This document shows, one piece after another, positions 37,671-50,546 of a stretch of DNA of 64,000 bases. The position numbers and the translations under genes were made by a program. Origin of the DNA: Squalus acanthias (Eukaryota); contig CM059432.1 in assembly GCA_030390025.1 (NCBI GenBank), positions 118,174,001 through 118,238,000 of the forward strand, given 5' to 3'. The notes under the pieces are model-generated. The model was not told the origin of the DNA. It made no database searches and saw only the letters and a program-made list of their open reading frames with translations. Within the stretch, counting starts at the first letter, position 1, and each line of letters begins with the position of its first letter.

Positions 37671-38427
37671 TGGCCCAAAAATTAGTGAGTGAGCCTTCGT
37701 GCGAGGGTAAGGCTTCCCCGCGATCTCTCACTGCGCGCTGGCTTTTTTATTCCCAGCTCGCACGAACTTGATGTTCTGGACAACAGCTGTGCAGTGCTTT
37801 CGTATCCCACAGGCGCAGTTAATTCGTGCGAGCTGTGGGATCACGTGACTCAGTTAGAGCCAATGGCAGCACACCATCTTTCATTCATAGCTTTCACAGC
37901 ACGGCTGTGACAGCACGGCTGTGAAAGCTATGAATACTATACCCCCCCAAAAGAACAGCTAAACCTCAATTAAATTTTAAAAAACCATCACATTAATAAA
38001 ATAAGTATAGTTAAATAAATTAACCACTTTAAATAAAAAATTAAATTTTTGAAAAAATTTATAATCTTTTAAAAATTTATAAAAATAAACTTACCTTTCT
38101 TTAAAGTCTCTAAAAAAGATATACCTGTTGAAAAAAATTCAAAATAATACTTAATTAACTACTTACCTTGTTAAAAGAGGGTCTTACGCCTCCTTTCTTT
38201 ATGTGTAAAATGTTCCATGCTTACCTGCGCGTTCAAAGCACTAAGTGCACTGCGTGCGCGCAGCCTGTAGCGCGCACGCGGTTCACCTAGGAACCGCCCC
38301 CTTTTGAAATCACCAAGTGCCGGTTTTCAGCGCATGCGCAGTGCATGCAGAAAACCGGCAATTGGAGACAGAATACGCGAGAGTACACAGTGCGTACTCT
38401 CGCGTAGCGGCACTAATTTTTGGGCCA
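37671..38427. mobile_element. Harbinger/Tourist-type MITE
   Basis: Perfect 17-bp TIR TGGCCCAAAAATTAGTG; TTA TSD; AT-rich core. Confidence 0.9.
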
Positions 38428-38488
38428 TTATCTTTTATTGACAGTGGCACACCAGCAGCAAAATTGACTACACTCAAAAAAAACTTAT

Positions 38489-39247
38489 TGGGCCGGATAT
38501 TCCGATCCCTATGGGTGTGTACGTGCTGTGTACCCACCTGTAGGGACATTGGAAATGCCGGTTTCAGGCATGCACTGCGCATGCGCGGGAAACCGGCATT
38601 TCCGATCTGTCAAGAAAGCTCTTGACAGATCCTCCGGCTGCCCGGGAGAAGGGCCTCTGCGGGCAGATAGTTCCGCTTTTTGGAGACCCTCCGCTCGCAG
38701 AAAATACTTACAATTCTTGTGCCTGGTAAAAGCAGGCATAAGGCCTGCTTTTACCAGGATAAGAGTTGAAAAAAGTGAAAAAAAAAAAATTTCACTGATT
38801 TATCATTTAAAAATACTTTAAAGAAAGGTAAGTTTATTTTTAGCCCCGTTAAAAACTTTAATTCTTTTTTTCAAAAATTTAAATTTTTGTTTAAAATACT
38901 TAATTTATGTAATTTCAAGTCATTTTAAAAATGTGATTTCTTTTTTTTAATTTATTTGAAGTTTTACTATGTTTTGGGGGTGATCTCCATTCATATAATT
39001 GACAGGTCTTCCTGTCAAATGTATGAAGGGAGATTCCCTTCTCTGATTGGCTCCCCAATGCCCAAGTGATCCCAGGGACTCTGTGAACTACCTGCGCCTC
39101 GGGATACGTGGGCCCTGCGCACCGGCAGTTTGGAGAGGCCCAGCAGCGGAACTGTGCGCCTCCCGGGAGCCCTCAGGTAAGGGCACAGATTTTTCCAGAT
39201 CGCAGCCCTCTGCCCGCGGGAGGCCTGCGATCGGAATATCTGGGCCA
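38489..39247. mobile_element. Harbinger/Tourist-type MITE related to 37671-38427, opposite orientation
   Basis: TIRs tgggccggatattccgatc / gatcggaatatctgggcca; shares inverted internal blocks with its neighbour. Confidence 0.85.
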
Positions 39248-39621
39248 ATATAAAATACGGAAGGATTTGACTGCAGGAAACACTTCACATCATATACATA
39301 GAAAATTATACATTGGATTTCAGTGACATGTACCAGTAAAGCTCTGTACCCCTGGTCTGCAGTCTACCAGCATCCATCCTTTAAATCGATCCTCAAACAA
39401 TCCTTCAATCATTCAAAAAGATAAACATCTCCAAAGGGAAAAGCAAACAGAAAACTCAGCACTGACCGCTCCAGTTTGTGAAAGCAGCTGTAAAGAACAA
39501 TGAACTCCAAACACTATCCTTCAGCTCAATTCATGAGGAAACTACTGGCTGAAGAAAAAAATAGCCATGACTAAGGAAATGGCAGTATCATTGCAATAGA
39601 TTTGGAAGAGCATTAACATAT

Positions 39622-40002
39622 TAAGTGGCTCGTGAGTTCAAGTCCCACTCCAGAGACTTGAGCACATAATCTAGAGTGCTGCACTGTAGGAGGTGCCGTC
39701 TTTCAGAGATGTTAAACCGAGGCCCCTTCTGCCCTGTCAAGTGGACGTAAAAGATCCCACGGCAATATTTCAAAGGAGAGCAGGGGCATCCTCACAGTGT
39801 CATGGCCAACATTTATCCCTCAACCAACACCTAAAACAGATTATCTGGTAATTTATTTCATTGCTGCTTGTGGGACCTTGCTGTGAGTAAATATCTGCTA
39901 CGTTTCCTACAGTACAACAGTGCCTACACTTCAAAAGTAATTATTTGGTTATAAAGTGCTTTGGGATGTCCTGAGATTGTGAAAGGTGCCATGTAAATGC
40001 AA
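39622..40002 (+). mobile_element. DeuSINE; tail continues at 45861-45880 after the Harbinger insertion
   Basis: B box gttcaagtcc, Deu domain, aaaggtgccatgtaaatgcaa | gtctctctttt. Confidence 0.88.
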
Positions 40003-40531
40003 GGCCGGAATTTCCTGGTGTCCGTGCGGGCACGACTGGAGGTGGGTCAGGAGGGAAAATTGAAAAGCCTTCGAGCGGGTCGGAAACCCGCTGTCATCCC
40101 GCCCCCACCATGCATTCCCTCGGGCACGTTTGCCAGAACGGCAGGGACCCGAACAGCAGAGGTGGACGAGCTAATTGAAATCATTATTAGGTACTTGTCA
40201 GACCCTTAAGTGCCTTTTAACCCTACCTTTCAAATTTCACTGGATGACCACCGGAACCACAGAGCTCGGGAACCACGTCTGTGAACCTGAGGCAGAAGTT
40301 GAGTGGTCATTGATCCAGCTTATAAGTGCACATCATGAAAAGTACAATAAAAACTCCCACTTTACAGCTGATCACTTTCATAAGGCAGATTCTGTTGCTG
40401 ACAGCATTGTCAGCACAGATTTATCTTTCTAGAGATTGCAAGTGTTTCCAGCAATGTCGGCATCCAGTGTCACCTCATTGGTAGAACCTATCACACCATT
40501 GACAGATTGCTTCTGTCATCTATTCCATCAG

Positions 40532-42170
40532 CACGGGTGCCATTTATACTGTCTCGCCTTGATCCTCAGAATCGGACCATGATGAGCCCCAACACCAGCA
40601 GCACCAGGCACACAAGCAGCACCAACAACAACACCACCATACTTCTCCTCAACCACCTTATGCTGCACAGGACAGAGGGTATCAGTGCAGGGCTGCACCG
40701 TGCCGGAGGCGATACCCCCAACACAGGGTATACAGGCAGAGGATGAGCTTCCTCAACATGACGGAGCAGCAGTGCCAAAGGAGGCTCAGGCTATCGCGCT
40801 AGGTCGTCGCAGATATTTGCAGATTGCTGGAGCAAGACCTGCAGCCCAGAGGAGCGGGTGGACATGCCTTACCAGTGGCTGTCAAAGTCACCAGTGCCTT
40901 CAACTTCTTTGCCTCAGGCTCCTTCCAGGGATCTGCAGCAAACATTTGCAGCATCTCACAGTTGGCCACCCACAGATGCATCACACAGGTCACTGATGCC
41001 CCCTTTGACAAGTCAGCCAATTATATCAACTTTGCCACTGATGAAGCCAGTGTTACTGAGCGAGCACTCGGCTTTGCCGCTCTAGCTGGCTTCCCACGGG
41101 AGCAGGACAACATCGACTGCACACATGTGGCCATTAGGGCACCCCATCATCACCCAGGAGTCTTTGTCAACCGCAAGGGCTTCCATTCCCTCAATGCGCA
41201 TCTCGTCTGCAACCACAGGAAGATCATCATGCATCTGTGTGCAAGAGTCCCTGGCAGCTGCCATGACTCTTTCATCCTTCGCCAGTCCACCCTCCCTCAG
41301 CTCTTCGCTCATCCAAACAGACTTTCCGGCTGGCTGCTTGGAGACAAGGGCTATCCACTAAAGACGTGGCTCATGACACCCTTGAGGAGACCCAGTACTG
41401 AGGCCCAGGAGAGATAGAAACATAGAAACATAGAAGATAGGAGCAGGAGCAGGCCATTCGGCCCTTCGAGCCTGCTCCTGCAGATTTAATGAGATCATGG
41501 CTGATCATCCAAATTCAGTACCCTGTCCCTGCTTTCTCCCCATATCCCTTGATCCCTTTAGCCTTAAGAAGTATATCTAACTCCTTCTTGAATATATTTA
41601 ATGAATTGGCCTCAACTGCCTTCTGTGGTAGAGAATTCCACAGGTTCACCACTCTCTGGGTGAAGAAATTCCTCCTCATCTCAGTCCTAAATGGCTTACC
41701 CCTTATGCTTAGACTGTGACCTCTGGTTCTGGACTCACCCGCCATCGGGAACATCCTTCCTGCATCTAGTCTGTCTAGTCCTGTTAGAATTTTCTAAGTT
41801 TCAATGAGATATAATGAAGGACACATTTCCACCAGATGTGTCATAGAGCAGACAATAGGCATGCTGAAAATGCGCTTCAGATCTGGAGGAGCCCTTCAGT
41901 ACACACCAGCCAGGGTCTCCAGAATCGTCGTGGTCTGCTGTGCCCTGCACAACATAACGCAGCAGCGAGTATTAGTGCTGCATGAGGAGCAAGGCACTGA
42001 GCGCACTGCCTCTTCAGAGGAGCAAGTGGAGGAGGAGGAGGAGGAGCATCAGCTAGAAGACGAGGAGGAGGAGAGCTGGAGGAACCTGCGGTCCAGATCC
42101 CACCAGCACCAGAGCACATTGCTGCCCAGGAGGCCAGGGATGGGCTCATTATGGCCAGATTTACTTAACT
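40532..42170 (+). pseudogene. Harbinger transposase, interrupted by CR1
   Basis: ORF 40824-41417 ([16 protein letters not shown]) resumes at ~41804 ([23 protein letters not shown]). Confidence 0.9.
41415..41803 (-). mobile_element. CR1 3' fragment
   Basis: MFPMAGESRTRGHSL...WNSLPQ; (tagaaaca)n tail; gagata at both junctions. Confidence 0.92.
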
Positions 42171-42466
42171 TTATGTATTGCACCCACATGGCTGCCACAT
42201 GCTGTGCCAGGTTGGCACCACCCCACAGCAACTCCATAAAGCATCCCTACAATGACCAGGCCATTCCTTTCACACTGACCACTATTGCTGTAAGTAACGT
42301 TATGTCTCACCATTCACTGTAACTCACTAAGCCACTTCCAAAGTTGCACACAAATTTGTCCATGACCACAAAGTGGTGAAAATAAAGATTTTTATCTGTG
42401 ACATCACAGTAACGGAAACTTTACACAAACATTTAATAAAACACCCAAGTGCTTACCCTTGTGAAT

Positions 42467-45400
42467 CTACTTGTGTGTCATCTTTCTCTTACACATGCTT
42501 CTGTGAGGTGCTACCCCTATGGCTTCAGCAAAGGTACAGGCAACCTGCTCACTTTCCTGCTGCGACTGCACAGATCCTTTTGGCAGACTTTCTCTGGGTT
42601 TTGGACCCTGTGATGGCCCTGCCAAATTCTGCTCCTCCTGCGACTGTGCAGGGGCAGACTCGGCCATCGCAATCCGAGGAGGCATCTGCGCCTCTGACTG
42701 AAGTGGGGAGGGGGGAAAATGGGGAGAAGTGTGAGCGCTTGGAGAGGAGCTCTCACTTCCATGTCCCCTCTCACCATCATCCCTCTCATGGGCCACCCGC
42801 ACTTCCCTGCGAGCAAGGAGCTGGAAAGCACCTTGCTGCACATTGTAGGGGTTGGTGTGGTTGGGTCAGCTTCACCTCTGACTTCAGTGAGCGATTCGAA
42901 TCGCTCCCACTCCCTTGATTCAAGACCTTTTACTTATTTGGGGGTCGTGAACAAAGGTGCAGTAGACAACAGGTTTTGATGAAAGAACTTTGACTTTTAT
43001 TCAAGAAAAGGTAAATAGAACACAAACAATCTTAAAACACACTTAATGCTTAAACACAGGTTGAGGAACACACGGTACAGGCGAGGGAGAATTACAGTAT
43101 ACTAAAACCCCTTATCCCTCCCAATCCCACTGCCTAGCTAGGTTTGATTCCAGAGGACCAGGGATAATGCTCACCAAATGACAGTTCTTGACAGTTGAGG
43201 TATTTCGCGATTTCGGGGTTCACTGGGGTTTTTGGTTGTTGGGGCCTGCCGTACCCCGGACGTAGTATTAGACTTCAGCTGCACTCCAGGTCAGTTTGGG
43301 TCTGTCTGCTGATGCGGTAAGGTGCGTATTGGATTCTATCAGGTGAGTACCCAATTTTTCTTCGTTAGAGGTAGGGTTTAGAGTTTTTTAAGGAAAAATC
43401 TTACCCAGGGGTAAGTCAGGAATAGTTTGTAGTGTGGAAACTTGCGTGTCTTTTCCTGCTGTTGGTCTCTCGGTGGTTGCGACGGCCTGGTTCGCACCTG
43501 GTTGGTCGGTGGCGTGGTGTTGGTTGGTTCGTGGGGCCTTGGATGCTGCGAGGCGTTTGGGAACCTTTTTCCCAGTCGGGTCAGTCGATGACCCCCCTTA
43601 CTGTGGCATGTTGTCCTTGCGTGCCTCGGTACTGTTACTAACTTTAAACTGCCTCTCTGGACAGCCTTGAACTAACTTTTAGTATAGTGTTGTAACAAAC
43701 CGCACGGCTTCAACAGACACCACCACAGTGTCTCTCGGGTTCCTCGTGTCTTCTTGCCCATGGTTTTAGGCCTGCCTGCCTTCCGAAGGTTCTTCTTGTG
43801 ACTCGTTCCTTGTTGCTTGGCTCTGGTGTCACCCTCGTGTTGTGTGTGTTGAACTTGGTGTGTAGCTTAACTTTCTTGGGGGATTAGGCCCTCAATTATA
43901 CTGTTCAGGACTATTGTGTTCTTCGCGCCAAAACTGTTTTACTAATCGATTTCGCGTTAAAGTGATTTAGGTTTCAGTTGAGGCCTGTTTATCTTCGCGC
44001 CAAATCTCGTTTCTTTTGTCTTAGGTTTTGGTGGGCTCGTTAAGTCTGATGACTTTAACTTTGTGTTAACTTGTCCTGATGGCTACCGATGTCTTGCATT
44101 GAGACAGGGCCTCTATCTACGCGCCAAATCTCGCTTCTTTTGTCTTAGGTTTTGGCGGGCTTGTTTAACTGTTCCTGTCGATACTTGACTAATCGGGTTT
44201 TGATGGAATGATGGGCTCTTAAACTGTGTACTGGAAGTTTTATTGTTAGGAATTGTTTTCAGACTTCCAGCATCCTGTCTGGACATGGGGATTTCAAAAA
44301 AGGGGTCTTGGTTTATTTATTTTTGAATGTGTTTGTGATGTTTTGGATGAGGCTCTTCCTCCTTGGTAGGATTGCAGTGCAAACATCTCCCAGACAGCTT
44401 GATTTGGTCCCAATACCCAAAAGCTGTCCACTGCCTCACCAAACCCCTTCCCGCAGCCTGTGTTTCTGTGACTGCAGGTTTTCCCAATGGCCCTTTTTTT
44501 AAAAGGCATCTTATCATCCAAAGTCATTTTCCTCAGGGCTTTTCTTCCTTGATCCTTTCAAAATGTCCAAAACTGAGGTTTTGACCTCAAATTCCTTCAT
44601 TTCAGTCCCACCATTCCAAGTTCATGTTAAGATCCAAAAATCACCCCCTTTGGGGTTCTATTCGAGTTTCTGGGGGATTTTGCAAAGCCTAGAATATCAG
44701 TGGGGCCATGAGGACCCACGTCTATGTTGACATCCCTCCTAGAGACGACGTCTATGCACCTCTGCCATCTATGCTCCATAGATAGCCAAATATTCTCCAT
44801 AGAGACTATGTGCTCCTGTGAGTGGTGCATTAGCTGCTCCTTGCAGGTGACCATCCTATCCATGGAGGAGCCTACAGTCGTCATCGCCAGCGACACGGTG
44901 CTGCTCATGTTGGAGATGGACTCCTCCATTCTCTGGACATTTGCAGACATCGAGATCAAAGTCTCCTGCACTTCTTCCTGCACCTCCAGGATTGCCCTCT
45001 TTCTGGATGGCCCCCGAGGCTCAGCGTCTGCATGCAGCTGAGCAGAGCTGGGAGCATTTTGCGCCCTCTGGCAAGGAGTGTCCACTGCTGTCCCTGTCTC
45101 CACCATCTGCTCTTTCTCACTTGTGAGTTGTGAGACACCAGTCACAACACTACTTTTTGTTGCGTAGGACCCACCGAGTTGTAAGTATCTGCGCTGGTTC
45201 TATGTGCGGTTATGTGTGGTGACGGTGCGACCTCAGAGGCTTGGAGGCTGCTCTGAGGAATTGTCTTCCTCTTCCTCCTGGACAATGGTGGGGGGCAGTT
45301 GATGGACCTGTGGGAGAGTAAAGTGATGAGTTAGATATGTCATATGAAGAATGGATACAAATACCATTATGCACGTGATGAAAATTCAGTGGCTGCTGAC

Positions 45401-45596
45401 ATCAGTCCCCATATGAGAGACTGCTGTATGATGTCCTCTGCTATTTGGAGCCAGGCTCCTTTTGGTCTCCTGGGGAGGTCTCTTGCACCCATTAGAAGGG
45501 AAGAGAACCTCCCTGCATGCTCTCACTCCCTCCACAAGCATATGTAGGGAGTCATCACAGAACCTGGGTGCAGCCCTTTGTCTCAGTGCAGTCATG
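42467..45596 (-). pseudogene. Harbinger Myb/SANT gene, decayed and split by the LTR
   Basis: MTALRQRAAPRFCDDSL..REVLFPSNG (45386-45604); exon-3 pieces 44627-45145 and 42467-42841 homologous to 25671-26597. Confidence 0.85.
42844..44693 (-). mobile_element. Probable solo LTR (1850 bp) of an ERV or Gypsy element
   Basis: Ends TGTAGG...CCTAGA (one change from CCTACA); 4-bp TSD ACAT/ATAT; removing it restores the Myb sequence (compare ~26205-26240); minus-strand AATAAA near 42997; no recognisable ORF. Confidence 0.75.
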
Positions 45597-46964
45597 TTTG
45601 GCACTCTTTGTAGCAGTCCAATTGTGCTGACTGCGCATTCCTAGATAAACCTGTAAATGCAATGTGGCCATGGCTCCTTTAAATATCCTGGCTGAAAATG
45701 CGTCATCGATGACATCATCAGACCCGCACCATTTAATAAGGTCGGGTACCGCGCAGGACGGCCTTAATAGGCCCCATTAACGTAAAGTCGATCTCAGGAG
45801 CGGCATGGTATGATGGCAACTGCCTGCACCCGACCCGCACAGTTACAGAAAATTCTGGCCCAAGTCTCTCTTTTCTTTTAGTGCCTTTGCAGCTATCTGC
45901 CTGGAAATTGTGGAAATTTCTGAGATAGTATGCAAAATGGTGTCCAAGGTAGAGTCAGATCTGGAAGGCAGGGAGACAAGTATCACCACTGGTACAAAAG
46001 ATTGAAGGCCGGGATGGAAGAGACATGTCGATGGCCACAGAACTCAATAACAGAGATCAGGTCACAAAGAGGGAATCTGAACACAATGTCTGGCAAAGTA
46101 AGTAATGGGAGGATACAATTCCCCTCGGCTAAAAGCTCCTCAAAGATTGAATAAGTGTTGCGACTAACAATAGTTATCATTACATCTTCACCATGCTCCA
46201 GTTAAATGCACACTCAGTTACATTGCCAGTTGTAGCATCTAAAATATCATGGATTCCATTCCTTCCCTCTGCTGAACCATTATGAAAAATCGTACCAAGA
46301 GCTCTCTCTGGACTTAGTATCCCCAAAAATCCATGGGACATAATTCCGGTGGTTACATCAGCATTGCACTTGTCAATGCCCTTCAGCACTGTCCCGATCA
46401 GGCTCATTGGAGGGTACCTAAGATGCATGAGGCAGGTCAGCACAAGCACCACTGTCGGTGCATCTCTGGGACCTGCCTACCTCATGCAGCCAGAAAATAC
46501 AGAGCCTGGCTGCCTCTGAGGGAAGAGCAGTTTCCCAGACTCCACCTCAGATCCCAACTGGACTTTCATTCACCCCATGTGTAAGTTCTGGTCATTTGTT
46601 AGGAGTCTAGGACATTTCCCTGGCATGGATCCTCTGGTGTGGCCCACCACCACCTATCAGAAGGCCAGTATGGCTCATTTCATTCAGAGTAACAATCTCC
46701 AGTACTACACCGAGACCTGAATTTGACAGAAGGAAGAGTTACAGGTCTACATTACTAGATCAAAGTATACCATGCTACAGAATTGTAATGCATAATTGTA
46801 AGCATTCAAAAGATGCAAGACAGTGTGAAGGAGAGGAAGACTGTCTGCCATGCATACTTTACAGCTAGTTAATGTAAGGAACTGTTGGGTCATCCTACCT
46901 TGGCTAACCTAGTGAGGTCTTTAAATAACGTCCTTACTTGAACGTAGTACCTCTGAAGAATCCT

Positions 46965-47345
46965 GAGACTCCCGAGACTTGAGCACATAATTTCAGCAGG
47001 CGCTTCAGTGCAGCATTGAGGGAAAGCTGCATTGTCAGAGGAACCATCCTTTGGATGAGGCCAGGTCTGCCCTCTCAGGTGGACGTAAAAAACCCACGGC
47101 ACGACTGGAAAAAGAGCAGGGGGAGTCATCCCAGTGCCCTGGCCAACATTTAACATTTATCCCTCAACCAACACCAAAAATACCCCAGATGATTTGGTCA
47201 TGTATTTCATTGCTGTTTGTGGTCTAATGGGCTGCTACACTTCCTACTTTACAACAGTGACTACATTTCAGAAAGTACTTTATTGGCTGTAAATAGCTTT
47301 GGGACATCCATAGATCATGAAAGGTGCTAATAAATTTGAATTCTT
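46965..47345 (+). mobile_element. Older DeuSINE copy
   Basis: gagacttgagcacataat...caggtggacgtaaaa...ctggccaacattt...aaaggtgct. Confidence 0.8.
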
Positions 47346-47511
47346 GATTTTATTTATTTTACTGCCTCATATACCAATAGTTTTGATCTGCTGAACAGGG
47401 TCCATTGTCCTCTGAAAGAATGTCCTCAGTAAACTTCAAAGCTTGGATGGACCACCTCCCACCTGAGTTGGAATCCTGGAGATTTAATCTTCCCTCATTA
47501 TTGGACTCTGA

Positions 47512-48370
47512 AGGGGGAATTTAAATTCACAAAAACGGGTGGGATTGAGTCGGGTGCGAAGTAGAAATGTAAAAAATGTCCTCCCAATCCCAACCCGCCT
47601 CGAACCTGCCCACTTCTGGTTTTAATGGAGGCAGGATGGGGGGGGGGTGGGGGGGGCGGGCGGGGTGCAGGCAACCAATCCTCTCTCAGGAGGGGGGCAT
47701 TTAAATATTTTAATGAGGCTGCGTGCTTCAGAATTTTTCTCTGTTCCATCTTTAATGTTGGCCGGCTGGGTTTCCCGGGCCTCGAGAAACCCGGCAACAA
47801 ACGGGAGGCGAGGACTGCTGCATGGAACAGTTAAGTGCCTTTCCAGCACTGCGTGTGGGCGAGGAGGAGCAGGACTGCTTCCCCCCGGCCCAGCAAGCAA
47901 AGCTGTTAACCTCCCCAGTGATCGGACATTCCCCGCCCGACCCTCCCCCCCCCCGCGATACAACTGCCTCCCAACGTTCTCCACGGTTTGCAATCTCTTC
48001 CCAGCACCCCTCCCCCCCAACCATGTCCTCCATGGCCGGCCGCAATTTTCTCCCCTCACCCCTGATCTCTCCGGGCACCCACATCGATGTCCTCTCCAAC
48101 CACGATCACTTCGGGCCACCCCTTCAATGCAATCCCCGACCCCCGATCTCTCCGGGCCCCCCCATTGATGTCCGCCCTCCAATCTCGATCTCTCTGGGCC
48201 CCCCATCGATGACCCCCCAACCCCCGATCTCTCCATCCCTCCTCTATGCTTCCCGGCTGCAGCCTGGTGCGACAGGCCTGCCCACCACACAGCCAGCCAG
48301 CCTCTCCAATGGTAATCAACTGCAAAACTGCCCCCCCAGCCCCCCCACTCCCTCCTCACCTCCCCTTAAA
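47512..48370. mobile_element. Harbinger-type non-autonomous element with C-rich internal repeats
   Basis: Left end gggggaattt; ~47843-47890 is the reverse complement homologue of ~58659-58710. Confidence 0.65.
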
Positions 48371-48785
48371 TATAAGGGCCCGAGTTGCTGTTTATAACTC
48401 AGGGACCTGTTGAACTCCAAAGGGAGTCCATCAATTTCTCGGATAACCCTGTAGGAAAGAGAAAAAGTCTGTTTACATGTTCCTTCCTTTTATTGTGCCA
48501 ATTTTCTCTCCTCCACTCCCTAGGCCATTGACTGCTTGCTAAAGCATGCTTCTACAGTTGCTGAATGCCCTCTGATTTATTGGTTAAGTGGCCATTTCAA
48601 TCCCAGAGAGCATTGCAGTTAAACTCAATCCTATCCGAACCCAATTCCTATCCACATGCACTTCCACCATTGCTACTGGATAGTAATCTGGATGAAGTGC
48701 CCCTCTGCAATCTAGAGATGTTTGGGGCAACTGTAGGACCTTTACCTCCACCCTGGCTGAGATTAATTAATGCAGCACAGACCAT

Positions 48786-48964
48786 GGGGTAGATCTTGAC
48801 ATTGTGCGATAGTATCAAGCGGGTGATAGCAAATCGGCAGCCCATTTTGCGTCTCTCCCAATTTTGATTTCCACAACCGAAGTATAAATTGGGAGAGATG
48901 TTAAATGGGCTGCCAACTCACTATCACCCATTTTACACTATCGTACAAAATCAAGATCTACCCT
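48786..48964. mobile_element. Fully palindromic MITE (~180 bp)
   Basis: gggtagatcttga / tcaagatctaccc ends; inner arms ggtgatag..ggcagcccattt..tctctcccaattt pair across the centre. Confidence 0.8.
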
Positions 48965-50546
48965 CAGGAATCAAACCTGGACCTTCCTGATCCAGATGGC
49001 TCAGCCTCTGACTGCCTTAACCAGCGTGGGAGTCATCCTGCTTTTTCTTTTCAATCAGAACAGGAAATGTTGGAAATATAAAGCAAGTCAGGCAGCTTTT
49101 GAAAGCAAAATGACAGGTTTGCATTTTGGGTGGTGAGACTTTCATCAGAGTATTTGCAGTTCAGTTTATGTCAGTCTTTTCTTTTTCTTTGTTTGCAATG
49201 ACTCATTTTCATGGTTTTCAGGAAAGCAAAACAGCACAGAGGTAATGAAGTGTCACACTGAGTGTACAATAGAACAGATGTCTACACTTACATAAAGCTA
49301 CCATGATACAAACTCGTTACGATTAAACCAGATAATGAAATATACCAAATGATTAACTCAGTTATTGACTCATCTAATGACTCAGTTCCAGGGTCCCAAT
49401 TTAGCTGTTCAAAATAGCTAAAACATCACATCACCAAGAATCTGTTGGGAAGGGCATTCTAGAGAGGAGTATAGAATAACTGAAGAGAAAGTGGTAAAGA
49501 CCCATTACGGTCTCTCCTTGCAAATACCTGTTGATTCCAACTAAACATGGCAAGGCTGGGGCAGAAACAATCATGTTGAAAGAAACGGTTGTATGAAGCT
49601 AGGACAGGGCATGATCACTCCTGCTCCATTTCTTCCCGGAAATGGATGGTACCTAGGAGTTTGAGAGTGCAATAACACTAACTAGTGTTTTGCTTCACAT
49701 CACCGCTGTAGTCTAGGCCCACCCAGACCTGGCCTGGAGCAGTGGGTGGAAAAGAATCTCACTTCAAATCACATCACTCCGCTTCAGAATCAATTTGGTC
49801 CTTTTTGCTCGATTCAGATTTCAAGTTCAGCATTGGTGTGAAGCTATCAAGTTGTTTTGGGTATACTCCATTGCAATTTTATTCCCAGGAATTCCAGAAA
49901 GAGTACAAACAGTTCAGAAGTGTTACCCCATCTCAAATATGAAGGGCAGTGGGATGGGGTGGGTGTTTGGTGGTGGGTGGGGGGGAAGCCTAATATGTAG
50001 GTAATGGGGCATACTGATTCAGAAAAATTATCCAACTCCAGTTCTATTATTTATGCCTTTTATATTGTTTGAAATTGGGCCGTTGCATTCAGCCATTTAA
50101 CATTATTTTAGTCCCTGTTTCTCTGTTATAGCAAAGGTAATGGGTCAGTTTCATTAGACCTGGATAAGATTGTCCAATTTGCCTTCTTCACTTGCTTTCA
50201 GCAGTCAGCTGTGATTCTTCAAACTGATGTATTTTCTGACACTGGCCTATTGTGTCTCACCCCCATCTCACTATTTAGGGAGACATTAGTCAATTAAAAA
50301 TGAACAGGTTAATGCCGCCACTAAAATAATGCACAAAATAACTTCCTAGGAATGTATTAAGTATTGATACACAAATATTCAGGCGGCATAATTTCAAGAC
50401 CAATATCACTGTATAGATGTGACATGTCATTGAACTGCAGGCTTGTCACCTTAACCTTGCGATATGTGCTCATTACACAATCAATATTTTGTCCAGCACA
50501 TTATTACTAAATTAATCCACAATTTAAATTATATCATTTATTTCTA

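Larger units (their letters stand above)
40003..45860. mobile_element. Two-gene Harbinger transposon carrying a CR1 and a solo-LTR insertion
   Basis: TIRs GGCCGGAATTTCCTG / CAGAAAATTCTGGCC; TSD CAA (40000-40002, 45861-45863). Confidence 0.92.

Noticed and set aside
45880..46880. Coding-like unique segment
   Set aside because: Only short ORFs with no recognisable domain; a faint LINE endonuclease resemblance is too weak to call.
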